From assembly GCA_947453825.1 (NCBI GenBank), contig CANGHN010000002.1:48997-112996 (forward strand): 64,000 nt of DNA, written 5' to 3'. How positions within the stretch are numbered: the first letter of the stretch is position 1; every line of letters begins with the position of its first letter. A program made the translations under genes and the position numbers. This DNA is from Betaproteobacteria bacterium (GTDB lineage Bacteria; Pseudomonadota; Gammaproteobacteria; Burkholderiales; Burkholderiaceae). The notes under the pieces are model-generated. The model worked only from the letters and a program-made list of their open reading frames with translations, was not told the origin of the DNA and made no database searches. This document shows positions 30,624 to 40,112 of the stretch, one piece after another.

Positions 30624-30738
30624 TACGCCTTCTAAAAAAGCCTTAGCAGCGAATAATCGACGCTTAGGCTTAATTCTTCTAAGCATTGCTGCGGTATTCT
30701 TCGCTGGCATTGTGATGAAGTGGAGCGTTTTGGGTTAA
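30607..30738 (+). CDS. Small single-TM protein, putative cytochrome oxidase assembly factor (43 aa, not in ORF track)
   Basis: GTG start: [43 protein letters not shown]; fills the ctaD-ctaG gap. Confidence 0.7.
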   Translation: MKQEFNTPSKKALAANNRRLGLILLSIAAVFFAGIVMKWSVLG

Positions 30739-30753
30739 GCCCAACTTGCCAAA

Positions 30754-31338
30754 ATGACAGCAATTCATTCCTTAAACCGCCAAATCTTACTGAAGCTACT
30801 CATTGCTTCAGTCATGATGTTTGGCTTTGGTTATGCATTAGTCCCAATGTATAAGGCCTTATGTGAGGTCACTGGAATTAATGTCATCACCAGTAAGAAT
30901 GATTACGGCGTCAGGGCTATAAGCCCGAATAAGGTTGGCAATACTCAGGTGAACTATTCCCGTACTGTGACCATTGAGTTTGATTCCAATAGTCGTGGAC
31001 CATTTACCTTTAAGCCAGTCAAGAATTTTTTAGAGGTTCACCCTGGTGAGATGACTGAAATTGTTTATGAAGTAACTAATAATCTTGGTCGTGCAGTACG
31101 AGCTCAAGCAATTCCGAGCTATGCCCCGAAAAGTGCAACCGAGTTTTTTACTAAATTAGAATGTTTTTGTTTTCAGGAACAAACATTAGCCGCAAATGAA
31201 ACCAAAAAGATGCCTGTGGTGTTTGTGATTGATGCGGGCTTACCGGATGATGTGAAAACTATTACCTTGTCTTATACCTTCTTTGAGTTGGGCTTAGGAG
31301 GTACACCGCCAGCACCAAAGTCCAAGGTAGTTTCATGA
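30754..31338 (+). CDS. ctaG: Cytochrome c oxidase assembly protein CtaG/Cox11
   Basis: FGYALVPMYKALCEVTG, KLECFCF, ITLSYTFF. Confidence 0.93.
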   Translation: MTAIHSLNRQILLKLLIASVMMFGFGYALVPMYKALCEVTGINVITSKNDYGVRAISPNKVGNTQVNYSRTVTIEFDSNSRGPFTFKPVKNFLEVHPGEMTEIVYEVTNNLGRAVRAQAIPSYAPKSATEFFTKLECFCFQEQTLAANETKKMPVVFVIDAGLPDDVKTITLSYTFFELGLGGTPPAPKSKVVS

Positions 31339-31529
31339 AGAAGAAAAGTACTTTTATGCAGTCCATGAAAGCCGTGATGTGGGGTTTTTTGGGTGTTCGT
31401 AAGAAAGCTGGTTTGCAGGAAGATGTAGCTTCACTCAGTTTTGTACACATTATCATTGCAGGTGTTATTGGGGCCTTGATTTTTATGGCTGTCCTGCTCT
31501 TGATAGTGAAAGCAGTTGTGTCCCATTGA
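31335..31529 (+). CDS. DUF2970 family small membrane protein
   Basis: KAVMWGFLGVRK, HIIIAG; between ctaG and subunit III. Confidence 0.8.
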   Translation: MKKKSTFMQSMKAVMWGFLGVRKKAGLQEDVASLSFVHIIIAGVIGALIFMAVLLLIVKAVVSH

Positions 31530-31558
31530 TTACTTTTTGATTGAATAGAGAGAATAAG

Positions 31559-32413
31559 ATGTCATCCAATTCAACCCCTTACTATTTTGTCCCTGCGCTA
31601 TCCAGGCATCCAGCAATGGCGGCATTCGGCTTAATCGCCTTTGGCTACGGAATGACCGGCTGGGTCAATCACACCTCATGGGGTGGTCCTATGAGCTTGG
31701 TTGGTGTGGCATGGATTTTGTTCGTGCTCTATAACTGGTTTGGCGACACGATTGCGGAGTCCAATGCTGGTAAGAATGGTCTGAATGTAGATATTTCTTA
31801 TCGCTGGTCCATGGCATGGTTCATTTTCTCTGAAATTATGTTCTTTGCGGCATTCTTTTCTGCCTTGTTTTATGCGCGTAATATTGCAATGCCTTGGCTA
31901 GGTGATGTTGAGAGCAAATTAATCTGGCCTAATTTTCAGGCCGTTTGGCCTAATGATGGCCCTGCTGGTTTGGTTGAGAAATTTACCACTATGGGCCCAT
32001 GGCCAATTCCAACAATCAATACGCTCTTGTTATTGAGCTCTGGTGTGACAATTACTTATTCACACCATGCCTTGGTTGAGAATCACATGAAGAAAGCCAT
32101 TGTTGGCTTAGCTGCAACCGTGATTTTGGGCGCGATCTTCTTGGGTTTCCAGGCTTATGAGTACTACCATGCTTACCATGAGCTCAATTTGAAATTGACC
32201 TCTGGTATCTACGGCTCAACCTTCTTCATGTTGACCGGCTTTCACGGTTTCCACGTATTCCTAGGCGGCACTATGTTGGCGATTGTCTTACGTCGCATGA
32301 TTCGTGGTGACTTTACTTCTGATCATCACTTTGCTTTTGAAGGTGCTGCTTGGTATTGGCACTTTGTTGACGTTGTGTGGCTTGGTCTTTACATCGCTGT
32401 TTACTGGATGTAA
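31559..32413 (+). CDS. coxC: Cytochrome c oxidase subunit III
   Basis: WFIFSEIMFF, NTLLLLSSG, TGFHGFHV, WYWHFVDVVW. Confidence 0.96.
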   Translation: MSSNSTPYYFVPALSRHPAMAAFGLIAFGYGMTGWVNHTSWGGPMSLVGVAWILFVLYNWFGDTIAESNAGKNGLNVDISYRWSMAWFIFSEIMFFAAFFSALFYARNIAMPWLGDVESKLIWPNFQAVWPNDGPAGLVEKFTTMGPWPIPTINTLLLLSSGVTITYSHHALVENHMKKAIVGLAATVILGAIFLGFQAYEYYHAYHELNLKLTSGIYGSTFFMLTGFHGFHVFLGGTMLAIVLRRMIRGDFTSDHHFAFEGAAWYWHFVDVVWLGLYIAVYWM

Positions 32414-32422
32414 GTTGAAATT

Positions 32423-32454
32423 AAAATCGGGGCGTAAGGCCCCGATTCATTTTA
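32423..32454. terminator. Bidirectional intrinsic terminator
   Basis: AATCGGGGC-GTAAG-GCCCCGATT with A tract before and T-rich tract after, between convergent genes. Confidence 0.8.
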
Positions 32455-32481
32455 TGGTGTTCTGTTGCTTGTGAGGCGTCT

Positions 32482-32694
32482 TTAATTAACACCCACTTTG
32501 ATTCCTGTTGGCTGTATGTAACCAAAGTGGTAGGCAATCAGAATGCCAAGAAACAGTAAAAGCGATAAGCCAATACGTAGCATGAGTGAGCGAACCATTC
32601 TAGGACTACTGCCTTTATCTTTCATCATGTAATACAGGGCCGATCCTAGGCTAGCAACAATCATTAGTAAGGCAAGCGCAATAATCCACTTCAT
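32482..32694 (-). CDS. Twin transmembrane helix small protein (DUF2909-like)
   Basis: IVASLGSALYYMMKD..MVRSLMLRIGLS..GYIQP; SD AAGGA. Confidence 0.82.
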   Translation of the reverse strand: MKWIIALALLMIVASLGSALYYMMKDKGSSPRMVRSLMLRIGLSLLLFLGILIAYHFGYIQPTGIKVGVN

Positions 32695-32708
32695 CTCAAA
32701 TCCTTATT

Positions 32709-33503
32709 TTGAATCTCGTTAAATATCTCTTTTCTGTACTCATTGCTAAGCGCATAGTCGCTACTGTATCAGCCTTGCTCGTGATTGCCATTGGCTGCGG
32801 CGCTGGTATTTGGCAACTGAGCAGAGCGAATACCAAAATTGCCCTGGCGGCGAATTTATTGGCAAAGCAACAGATGCCAATCTTGCAAGCAAATACTGGG
32901 ACTTGGACCTTAGAGGAGGCCAGTCAGCGCCGTATGATTGCTCGTGGTCAATATATTCCAAATGCTGCTATTTGGTTAGATAACCGCCCAAGACCTATTC
33001 CGCCAGAAGGAAGTAATGCCTCTCAATCAGGTTTTTATTTAATGATGCCCATGAAATTAGAGGCAAGTAATGACATTCTCTGGATTAATCGGGGCTGGGC
33101 CCCACGGAATAATCAGAACCGAGAAACCTTGCCCCTGGTGAAAACACCTTTAGGAGTAGTCAATGTAGAAGGTATCGTCTTTGCTCATCCTGGTAAGGTG
33201 TATGAGTTGGGTGTTAGCAAGCCCGCCATTGACGAGGGGAAGCCTCGCATTGAGCAAAACTTTGATTTAGCTGGAGAAGCAAAGCTTCGGGGCTGGTCTC
33301 AAAGCCCTTATATATTGCGCGAGGTCGATGCTGGCGTTGATGATGGCCTATTACGCGAGTGGGCTCCGCTCACAACCGGAGTCGATCGCCATTATGCTTA
33401 TGCATTCCAGTGGTTTGCTTTAGCAACATGTGGCTTCTTGTTTTGGTTAATTACCGGCCTGCGGCAACATCGGCGTCAGAATCTTAATGGGGATCAAGGG
33501 TGA
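32709..33503 (+). CDS. SURF1 family protein
   Basis: GIWQLSRA, INRGW, HYAYAFQWF; TTG start uncertain. Confidence 0.88.
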   Translation: MNLVKYLFSVLIAKRIVATVSALLVIAIGCGAGIWQLSRANTKIALAANLLAKQQMPILQANTGTWTLEEASQRRMIARGQYIPNAAIWLDNRPRPIPPEGSNASQSGFYLMMPMKLEASNDILWINRGWAPRNNQNRETLPLVKTPLGVVNVEGIVFAHPGKVYELGVSKPAIDEGKPRIEQNFDLAGEAKLRGWSQSPYILREVDAGVDDGLLREWAPLTTGVDRHYAYAFQWFALATCGFLFWLITGLRQHRRQNLNGDQG

Positions 33504-34156
33504 GTGATAAAGAGTTATTAATTCCAGCTTCGCAAACAGATGCATCGACAATCGATGCTCAAACGCGCCGTGGCCGGATTCAAATGTTACTGCTTTTATT
33601 GGCATGCGCCGCTCCGGTGATTACATCTTACTTTGCTTACTACGTCATTAAGCCTGAGGGTGGAAAAACAAACTTTGGAACGCTAGTCTATCCAGCACAA
33701 GAACTGAATACCGCTTGGTTTGATGTTCCTTTACAAGGAAAGTGGACAATGCTAATTGCTCGTCCTGCGGGCGAGTGTCAATTCAAAGATGAAAAATGTA
33801 TTGAGGCTTTATTTTTAATGCGCCAAGTCAAAGTTGCAATGGGCAGAGAAAGTAAACGTGTTCAATTATTGTGGGTCAATACCGATGGAAAGACTGTGGA
33901 TCCGGAGGTAGCTAAAGTCTATGATGAGCAGACTGCTGGCTTTAAGGTGGTTAATTTGCCATCTGACTCTCAGTTAAGAGCAGAGTTTTCAGCTTGGCTC
34001 AATAAAGAGGGCGCTGGACAACAGATTCAGTTAATTGACCCTAGCCCCGCCAAGATGATGTACTTTCCCGTCACCAATTCCCCTAAAGAATTTGCAGGGA
34101 TTAAGAAAGACTTAGAAAAACTCTTGCGTCTGAATCACAAGGGTGAAAATTTGTAA
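33500..34156 (+). CDS. Membrane-anchored thioredoxin/SCO-like protein of the cox cluster
   Basis: TM LLLLLACAAPVITSY, TNFGTL, GKW, C-x6-C, KDLEKLL. Confidence 0.7.
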   Translation: MSDKELLIPASQTDASTIDAQTRRGRIQMLLLLLACAAPVITSYFAYYVIKPEGGKTNFGTLVYPAQELNTAWFDVPLQGKWTMLIARPAGECQFKDEKCIEALFLMRQVKVAMGRESKRVQLLWVNTDGKTVDPEVAKVYDEQTAGFKVVNLPSDSQLRAEFSAWLNKEGAGQQIQLIDPSPAKMMYFPVTNSPKEFAGIKKDLEKLLRLNHKGENL

Positions 34157-35280
34157 TGCCTAGTTTCATATTGCTACTGGAGCTTGCCTGCATTGCCATT
34201 GTTTTTGCGGGCTTGCCATTGGCCTATCTATGGACTAGGCCGGGCTATAGCTTTTTTCAAAAACTCAATTGGGTTTTAGTCTTTATGACTTTTGACTTAA
34301 TTGTATTTGGCGCTTTTACCCGTTTGACAGATTCCGGATTAGGTTGCCCCGATTGGCCTGGCTGTTATGGCACATCAAACCCTTTTCATGCGCTTGGAGA
34401 AATTCGCTTAGCCGAAAGCGCCCTTCCTACGGGGCCTGTCACGGTGATTAAAGCGTGGATTGAAATGATTCATCGCTATTTAGCGATGACAGTCGGCGCA
34501 TTAATTCTGATTCAAGTAGGTCTTGCCGTGAGTAAGGTGAAGGCTTTAGGAAGCGCCCCCCTGTTAGGCAGTCTAGGCTTGCTCTTATTGGTCTGTATTC
34601 AAGGCGCTTTTGGTGCTTGGACGGTAACCCTGAAATTGCAACCCATTATTGTCACAATCCATTTAATGCTAGCTTTAGTTTTGTTAGCTAGCCTGACTGC
34701 TTATGCACAGCAATCTTGGGAGACGCATTCTTCTACTGTGCATCGTTTGCATATACGACCTTTATCTGCCAAATGGTTACTAGCAGCATTTATTGTGCTC
34801 TTCACCCAAATCTTTTTGGGAGCTTGGGTCAGCACTAATTACGCTGTCTTAGCGTGCCCAGATTTTCCTACTTGCTTGGGAAGTGCCTGGCCAGAAACAA
34901 ACTGGGCTGAAGGCTTCACCCTTTGGCGCCAGTTAGGTCAAAATGCCCAAGGCGAGTTTATTTCCCCGCTTGCTCTGCAAACGATTCATTGGGCGCACCG
35001 CTTATTTGCTGTCTTGGTTATCTTGGTTCTGGGTACCCTGGCCTGGAAAGCGGGGCGGCTCGCAACGCCAGTTCTATCAGGCCTTAGTCGATTGGTAAAA
35101 CTCTTGATAACCCTCCTGGTACTGCAAGTGCTTACCGGAATATCGAACGTCGTATTTCAGTGGCCTTTATTGGCAGCGTTATTACACACTGCAGGCTCAG
35201 CCGCTTTAGTATTCTGTTTAGTCAGAATGAGTAATTGGGCATCTTGGGGCTCATTGAAGCAGAAGAAAATGGCAAGTTAA
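34156..35280 (+). CDS. ctaA: Heme A synthase COX15/CtaA
   Basis: [37 protein letters not shown]. Confidence 0.92.
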   Translation: MPSFILLLELACIAIVFAGLPLAYLWTRPGYSFFQKLNWVLVFMTFDLIVFGAFTRLTDSGLGCPDWPGCYGTSNPFHALGEIRLAESALPTGPVTVIKAWIEMIHRYLAMTVGALILIQVGLAVSKVKALGSAPLLGSLGLLLLVCIQGAFGAWTVTLKLQPIIVTIHLMLALVLLASLTAYAQQSWETHSSTVHRLHIRPLSAKWLLAAFIVLFTQIFLGAWVSTNYAVLACPDFPTCLGSAWPETNWAEGFTLWRQLGQNAQGEFISPLALQTIHWAHRLFAVLVILVLGTLAWKAGRLATPVLSGLSRLVKLLITLLVLQVLTGISNVVFQWPLLAALLHTAGSAALVFCLVRMSNWASWGSLKQKKMAS

Positions 35281-36173
35281 TGAGTACACCACAAACATCT
35301 ACACGAGTAGCTATGCCACGTTGGCGTCAATACTGGGTTTTAACCAAACCTAGGGTGACACAGCTTGCTGTTTTTTGCGCTTTGATTGGAATGTTTTTGG
35401 CCACACCAGGAATGGTGCCTTATCCCATTTTGATTGGTGGATTTATTGGGATTTGGTTATTAGCAGGCGCTGCATTTGCAGTGAACTGTTTAATTGAACA
35501 AGCAGTCGATGCCAAAATGAGACGCACTGCGTGGCGTCCTTCGGCAACTGGTGAAATAACACCGCTTCACATCATTATTTTCTCGATTATTCTGGGTACC
35601 TTAGGAATGATCGTTTTATGGTATTTCTGCAATCCATTAACCATGTGGCTCACACTAGCAACCTTTGTAGGTTATGCCGTCATTTATACCTGGCTCTTGA
35701 AACCAGCGACGCCGCAAAATATTGTGATTGGCGGTCTATCGGGCGCCATGCCTCCTGCATTGGGCTGGGCTGCAGTTACGAATACAGTTTCTGCTGAAGC
35801 CTGGCTATTGGTCTTGATTATTTTTGTTTGGACGCCACCCCATTTTTGGGCTTTGGCCTTATATCGTCGTGAAGACTATGTGCAATCTGGCTTACCTATG
35901 TTGCCAGTAACGCATGGTGAGCGCTTTACGCTCTTAAATATCTTGTTGTACACCATGATTTTGATTGCTGCGACTTTATTGCCTTACATCTATGGCATGA
36001 GCGGAATAATTTATCTGATATCTGCTGTTGTGCTGGGTCTGATCTTTTTAGGCTATGCAATTGCTTTATTTATTTCTTATAGCGATGCTTTAGCTAAGAA
36101 AACCTTCCGCTTCTCGATTAGCTATTTGTCTTTGTTATTTGCAGCATTGCTGATAGATCACTACTTCCTTTGA
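35280..36173 (+). CDS. cyoE: Heme O synthase (protoheme IX farnesyltransferase)
   Basis: [32 protein letters not shown]; ATG 35280 overlaps ctaA stop. Confidence 0.94.
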   Translation: MSTPQTSTRVAMPRWRQYWVLTKPRVTQLAVFCALIGMFLATPGMVPYPILIGGFIGIWLLAGAAFAVNCLIEQAVDAKMRRTAWRPSATGEITPLHIIIFSIILGTLGMIVLWYFCNPLTMWLTLATFVGYAVIYTWLLKPATPQNIVIGGLSGAMPPALGWAAVTNTVSAEAWLLVLIIFVWTPPHFWALALYRREDYVQSGLPMLPVTHGERFTLLNILLYTMILIAATLLPYIYGMSGIIYLISAVVLGLIFLGYAIALFISYSDALAKKTFRFSISYLSLLFAALLIDHYFL

Positions 36174-36174
36174 T

Positions 36175-36765
36175 ATGAATATTTCTTTTCTACGTACTTG
36201 TTTTATCGCCTTGCTCATCATAGGCTTTACTGCTTGCAGTCCAAAGCCAGAATTTAAGAATATTGATATCACTGGTGGCACTGCTTTTGGCAAAGACTTT
36301 AGTTTGCTTGATCCTGAGGGCAAGATCAGAATCCTGTCAGACTTTAAGGGCAAAGTCGTAGTGATGTTCTTTGGTTATACCCAGTGCCCTGATATTTGCC
36401 CAACTACTTTGACTGAGATGCAGCAGGTCATGACTTTGATGGGGCCCCAAGCGGATAAGGTGCAGGTACTTTTTGTGACGGTTGACCCAGCGCGCGATAG
36501 CGCCGCCATTTTGAAGCAATATGTTCCCGCATTTGATCCACGTTTTTTGGGTCTTCGTCCAGCGGATGAGGCTGCTTTAGAAAAAGTGACTAAGGACTTC
36601 AAGATTTATTACAAGAAGGTTCCTGGAACTAGTCCAGGTTCTTACACAATGGACCATACTGCAGGCAGTTACGCTTTTGATCCTGAGGGTCGATTACGCC
36701 TCTACATCAAACATGCGCAAGGTCCTGAGACCTTGGCACATGATTTGAAAGAACTTCTAAAGTAA
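36175..36765 (+). CDS. SCO family copper chaperone (lipoprotein)
   Basis: Lipobox FTAC, FGYTQCPDICP, VTVDPARD, YTMDHT. Confidence 0.92.
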   Translation: MNISFLRTCFIALLIIGFTACSPKPEFKNIDITGGTAFGKDFSLLDPEGKIRILSDFKGKVVVMFFGYTQCPDICPTTLTEMQQVMTLMGPQADKVQVLFVTVDPARDSAAILKQYVPAFDPRFLGLRPADEAALEKVTKDFKIYYKKVPGTSPGSYTMDHTAGSYAFDPEGRLRLYIKHAQGPETLAHDLKELLK

Positions 36766-36775
36766 GGTTGATCGC

Positions 36776-37705
36776 TCAAGCTACTTGAGCTTGAAGCATG
36801 CCGCGCATCTTCTTCAGCGCTGCAGTCTCAATTTGGCGAACCCGTTCAGCTGAGATACCGTATTCATCGGCCAGGTCATGCAGAGTTTTGGTGCCATTAC
36901 CGTCAGCGTCCATCGCCAACCAGCGTGATTGCACTATATTGCGACTACGCTCGTCTAAGGCCATTAAGGCGCGATCTAACTTAGGACCTTGCAAGGCATC
37001 TGCCTCAGCGCTAGCAATGCGTTCTGTAGGCTCTTGAGTGTTATCAGCAAGCCACTGAATTGGGGCGTAAGCTGCCTCTTCATCGCTATTGTCGTTTTCT
37101 AGAGCAACGTCACCACCAGCAAGACGCATTTCCATCTCTTTTACATCTGATCCTTTAACGTCTAATGCTTTTGCTAAAGCAGCTACTTCACCTGGGGTCA
37201 GAGCGCTCAGCGTAGGTTTATTGCTGCGTAAATTAAAAAATAATTTACGTTGTGCTTTAGTGGTCGCCATTTTTACTAAGCGCCAATTCTTGAGGATGTA
37301 CTCATGAATTTCTGCTTTGATCCAATGAATTGCATAAGACACTAAACGAGCACCATTATTAGGATCGTAGCGTTTTACTGCTTTCATCAAGCCAATGTTG
37401 CCTTCTTGAATTAAATCAGCGTGCGGTATGCCATAGCCAAGATATTGACGCGCTACAGAAACAACGAGACGTAAATGGGAGAGCACTAAAGTTTTAGCAG
37501 CATCAACATTTTCAGTACGACGAAATTCTTGCGCAAGATGTAACTCTTCCGCAGCACTTAACATCGGTACGCGATTAACGTACGCAATATAGGAATCGAG
37601 TGTGCCAACTCCAAGGGATGGCAGCATTGGAAATGAAGACGCCGCCGCAGTCTGCGCGACAGGCAGTCTTTGCATATTCGGTTTATCTAATTTCTTTTGA
37701 ACCAT
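36776..37705 (-). CDS. rpoH: RNA polymerase sigma-32
   Basis: DLIQEGNIGLMKAV, RpoH box KAQRKLFFNLR, SAERVRQIE. Confidence 0.96.
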   Translation of the reverse strand: MVQKKLDKPNMQRLPVAQTAAASSFPMLPSLGVGTLDSYIAYVNRVPMLSAAEELHLAQEFRRTENVDAAKTLVLSHLRLVVSVARQYLGYGIPHADLIQEGNIGLMKAVKRYDPNNGARLVSYAIHWIKAEIHEYILKNWRLVKMATTKAQRKLFFNLRSNKPTLSALTPGEVAALAKALDVKGSDVKEMEMRLAGGDVALENDNSDEEAAYAPIQWLADNTQEPTERIASAEADALQGPKLDRALMALDERSRNIVQSRWLAMDADGNGTKTLHDLADEYGISAERVRQIETAALKKMRGMLQAQVA

Positions 37706-37744
37706 TTTTTTATGATCAATATAAGGTGTTAATAGACTACTATT

Positions 37745-37771
37745 TTAGCACTCCTGTCAAGAGAGTGCTAA
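37745..37771. promoter_or_regulatory. CIRCE element (HrcA operator)
   Basis: Perfect TTAGCACTC-N9-GAGTGCTAA, 39 nt upstream of rpoH ATG. Confidence 0.95.
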
Positions 37772-37799
37772 TGGATTTTGAAGTCTATAAGGTATTGAT

Positions 37800-38690
37800 T
37801 TAATTGAATAATTCTGCAGAATATTGGTCCGCTGTAAATGGAGCCAAATCCTCAATTCCCTCGCCCTTGCCAAGAGCCAATACAGCCGGTTTTGAGCCAT
37901 CTTGAAGGGTATGGGCCAGAGCGCAAATAACGCCGCCCTTAGCGGTGCCATCGAGCTTAGTAACGATGATTCCAGTCAGACTCAAAGCTGCATGGAAGGC
38001 TTTGACTTGGCTTAGACCGTTCTGACCAGTATTGCCATCCAGTACTAACAGGGTATGGTGTGGTGCGCCAGGAAGGGCTTTGCCAATCACGCGTTTTACT
38101 TTTTTGAGTTCTTCCATCAAATGATCTTGCGTAGCCAAGCGGCCAGCAGTATCAATAATGAGGATGTCATTTTTGCGTGAGATCGCTGAATGAATTGCAT
38201 CATGTGCCACCGCTGCAGCATCTCCACCTTCCTGTGCAATCACGTCAACTTGATTGCGTTCACCCCATTCTTGCAATTGGTTCCGTGCAGCAGCCCTAAA
38301 TGTGTCACCCGCAGCCAAAAGAACCGATTTGCCTTGCGACTGAAAAAGTCTGCATAGTTTGCCAATCGTGGTGGTCTTGCCCGCACCATTTACCCCTACT
38401 ACTAACCACACTTCTGGAGAATGGGCCTTATCCGTGCTAAATAGTGGATTAGGCGAAGGTTCTAGTACTTTTAATAGGGCGCTGACTTCATCAATGAGGA
38501 GTGCTTGTAACTCTTCGGGGCTCGATGCTTTTTCTGATTTAGCAGCTTTACGTAGTTTGCTGATCAATTGTTCAGTCGTAGGTAGGCCTACATCACTTTG
38601 AATCAGTGACTCTTCTAAGGTATCAAACCAAGCCTCATCAGTTTTGCTTGATTTAAAAAGAGATCCGAGGGTTTTACGTAAGCCGAACAT
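37800..38690 (-). CDS. ftsY: SRP receptor FtsY (NG domain only)
   Basis: GVNGAGKTTTIGK, DTFRAAA, DTAGR, TKLDGTAKGG. Confidence 0.95.
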   Translation of the reverse strand: MFGLRKTLGSLFKSSKTDEAWFDTLEESLIQSDVGLPTTEQLISKLRKAAKSEKASSPEELQALLIDEVSALLKVLEPSPNPLFSTDKAHSPEVWLVVGVNGAGKTTTIGKLCRLFQSQGKSVLLAAGDTFRAAARNQLQEWGERNQVDVIAQEGGDAAAVAHDAIHSAISRKNDILIIDTAGRLATQDHLMEELKKVKRVIGKALPGAPHHTLLVLDGNTGQNGLSQVKAFHAALSLTGIIVTKLDGTAKGGVICALAHTLQDGSKPAVLALGKGEGIEDLAPFTADQYSAELFN

Positions 38691-38753
38691 AATCGATACA
38701 ATTTAAACCTTGCATCTTATCAATTTAATTCTTGGGATATGGTGATTTAGTAC

Positions 38754-40112
38754 ATGCGTTCCAATTTACTCCGAATTTCCTTTTTATTCCTGCTGTTTAT
38801 CCAAGCATCTTGGGCAGCAAGCGTAGATACATATGAATTCACCTTAAATAATGGCCTAAAGCTCATCGTGAAAGAGGATCACCGGGCACCTACCGTGGCG
38901 CATATGGTTTGGTATCGTGCGGGCTCAATGGATGAAGTCAATGGCCGTACAGGTGTCGCACATGTGCTCGAGCACATGATGTTTAAGGGTACTGACAAAG
39001 TTAAAGCTGGCGAGTTTTCACGTCTAGTAGCAGCAGTTGGCGGTCGTGAGAATGCTTTTACATCCCGCGATTACACCGCATACTTTCAGCAGGTAGAGAA
39101 ATCCAAGCTAGATGAAGTGATGAAGCTTGAGGCAGACCGGATGTCTAATCTCAATTTTGATGATGCAGAATTCTTAAAAGAAATTCAGGTAGTCATGGAA
39201 GAACGTCGTCTTCGCACTGAAGATAATCCAAGCAGTCTGTTAAATGAATCATTAATGGCTACGGCCTATATGAGTTCACCTTATCGTCATCCCATAGTAG
39301 GCTGGATGAATGACTTGGAAAATATGAAAGCTGCTGATGCCAGAGATTGGTATCGCAGTTGGTATGCGCCAAATAATGCCACCGTAGTGATTTCAGGTGA
39401 TGTTGACCCGAAAAAAATTCTGCAAGCGGTAGAAAAATATTACGGTGTGGTTCCTGCTCATGAATTGCCGGTTCGCAAACCTCAGATCGAGCCACCCCAA
39501 AAAGGGATGAAGCAAGTGCAGGTCAAAGCCCCCGCAGATAACGCTCAATTAGCCATGGCCTGGAAAGTACCGCGTTTAGTGCCTGGTAAGTTAGATGATC
39601 CTGAGCCCTATGCTCTCGAGTTATTAACTGCTGTCTTAGATGGTTACGACAATGCGCGCTTCAATCGGGTCTTAGTTAAGCAGGAGAAAGTGGTTAACGA
39701 TGTTGGTGTTGGCTATGACATGATCTCGCGTGGCCCTGAATTATTTTTAATCACTGCTTCTTTAGCAAAGGGCAAGACCGTGATGCAAGCTGAAGCCAGT
39801 ATTCGGAAGTCATTGAATGAGCTGAGGCAAAAAGGTATTTTAGAGTCCGAGCTCAAGCGCATTAAGGTGCGCATTCTTTCCGATCAAATTTATAAGCGTG
39901 ACTCTATTTTTGGTCAGGCGATGGAGATTGGTAGCGCTGAAATGGCTGGATTCTCATGGCGCGATATCGATGTGATGTTAGAAAAGATGCAAACCATTAC
40001 GCCAGCTCAAGTGCAAGCAGTTGCGCAAAAATATCTAGTAGATGAGGGCTTGACGATTGCCGTGCTAGATCCGCAAGCGCGTAAATCAGAAAAAAATCAG
40101 GAGAGTAAATAA
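38754..40112 (+). CDS. M16 family zinc peptidase, catalytic subunit
   Basis: Signal peptide, HVLEHMMFKGT (HxxEH), NAFTSRDYT. Confidence 0.92.
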   Translation: MRSNLLRISFLFLLFIQASWAASVDTYEFTLNNGLKLIVKEDHRAPTVAHMVWYRAGSMDEVNGRTGVAHVLEHMMFKGTDKVKAGEFSRLVAAVGGRENAFTSRDYTAYFQQVEKSKLDEVMKLEADRMSNLNFDDAEFLKEIQVVMEERRLRTEDNPSSLLNESLMATAYMSSPYRHPIVGWMNDLENMKAADARDWYRSWYAPNNATVVISGDVDPKKILQAVEKYYGVVPAHELPVRKPQIEPPQKGMKQVQVKAPADNAQLAMAWKVPRLVPGKLDDPEPYALELLTAVLDGYDNARFNRVLVKQEKVVNDVGVGYDMISRGPELFLITASLAKGKTVMQAEASIRKSLNELRQKGILESELKRIKVRILSDQIYKRDSIFGQAMEIGSAEMAGFSWRDIDVMLEKMQTITPAQVQAVAQKYLVDEGLTIAVLDPQARKSEKNQESK

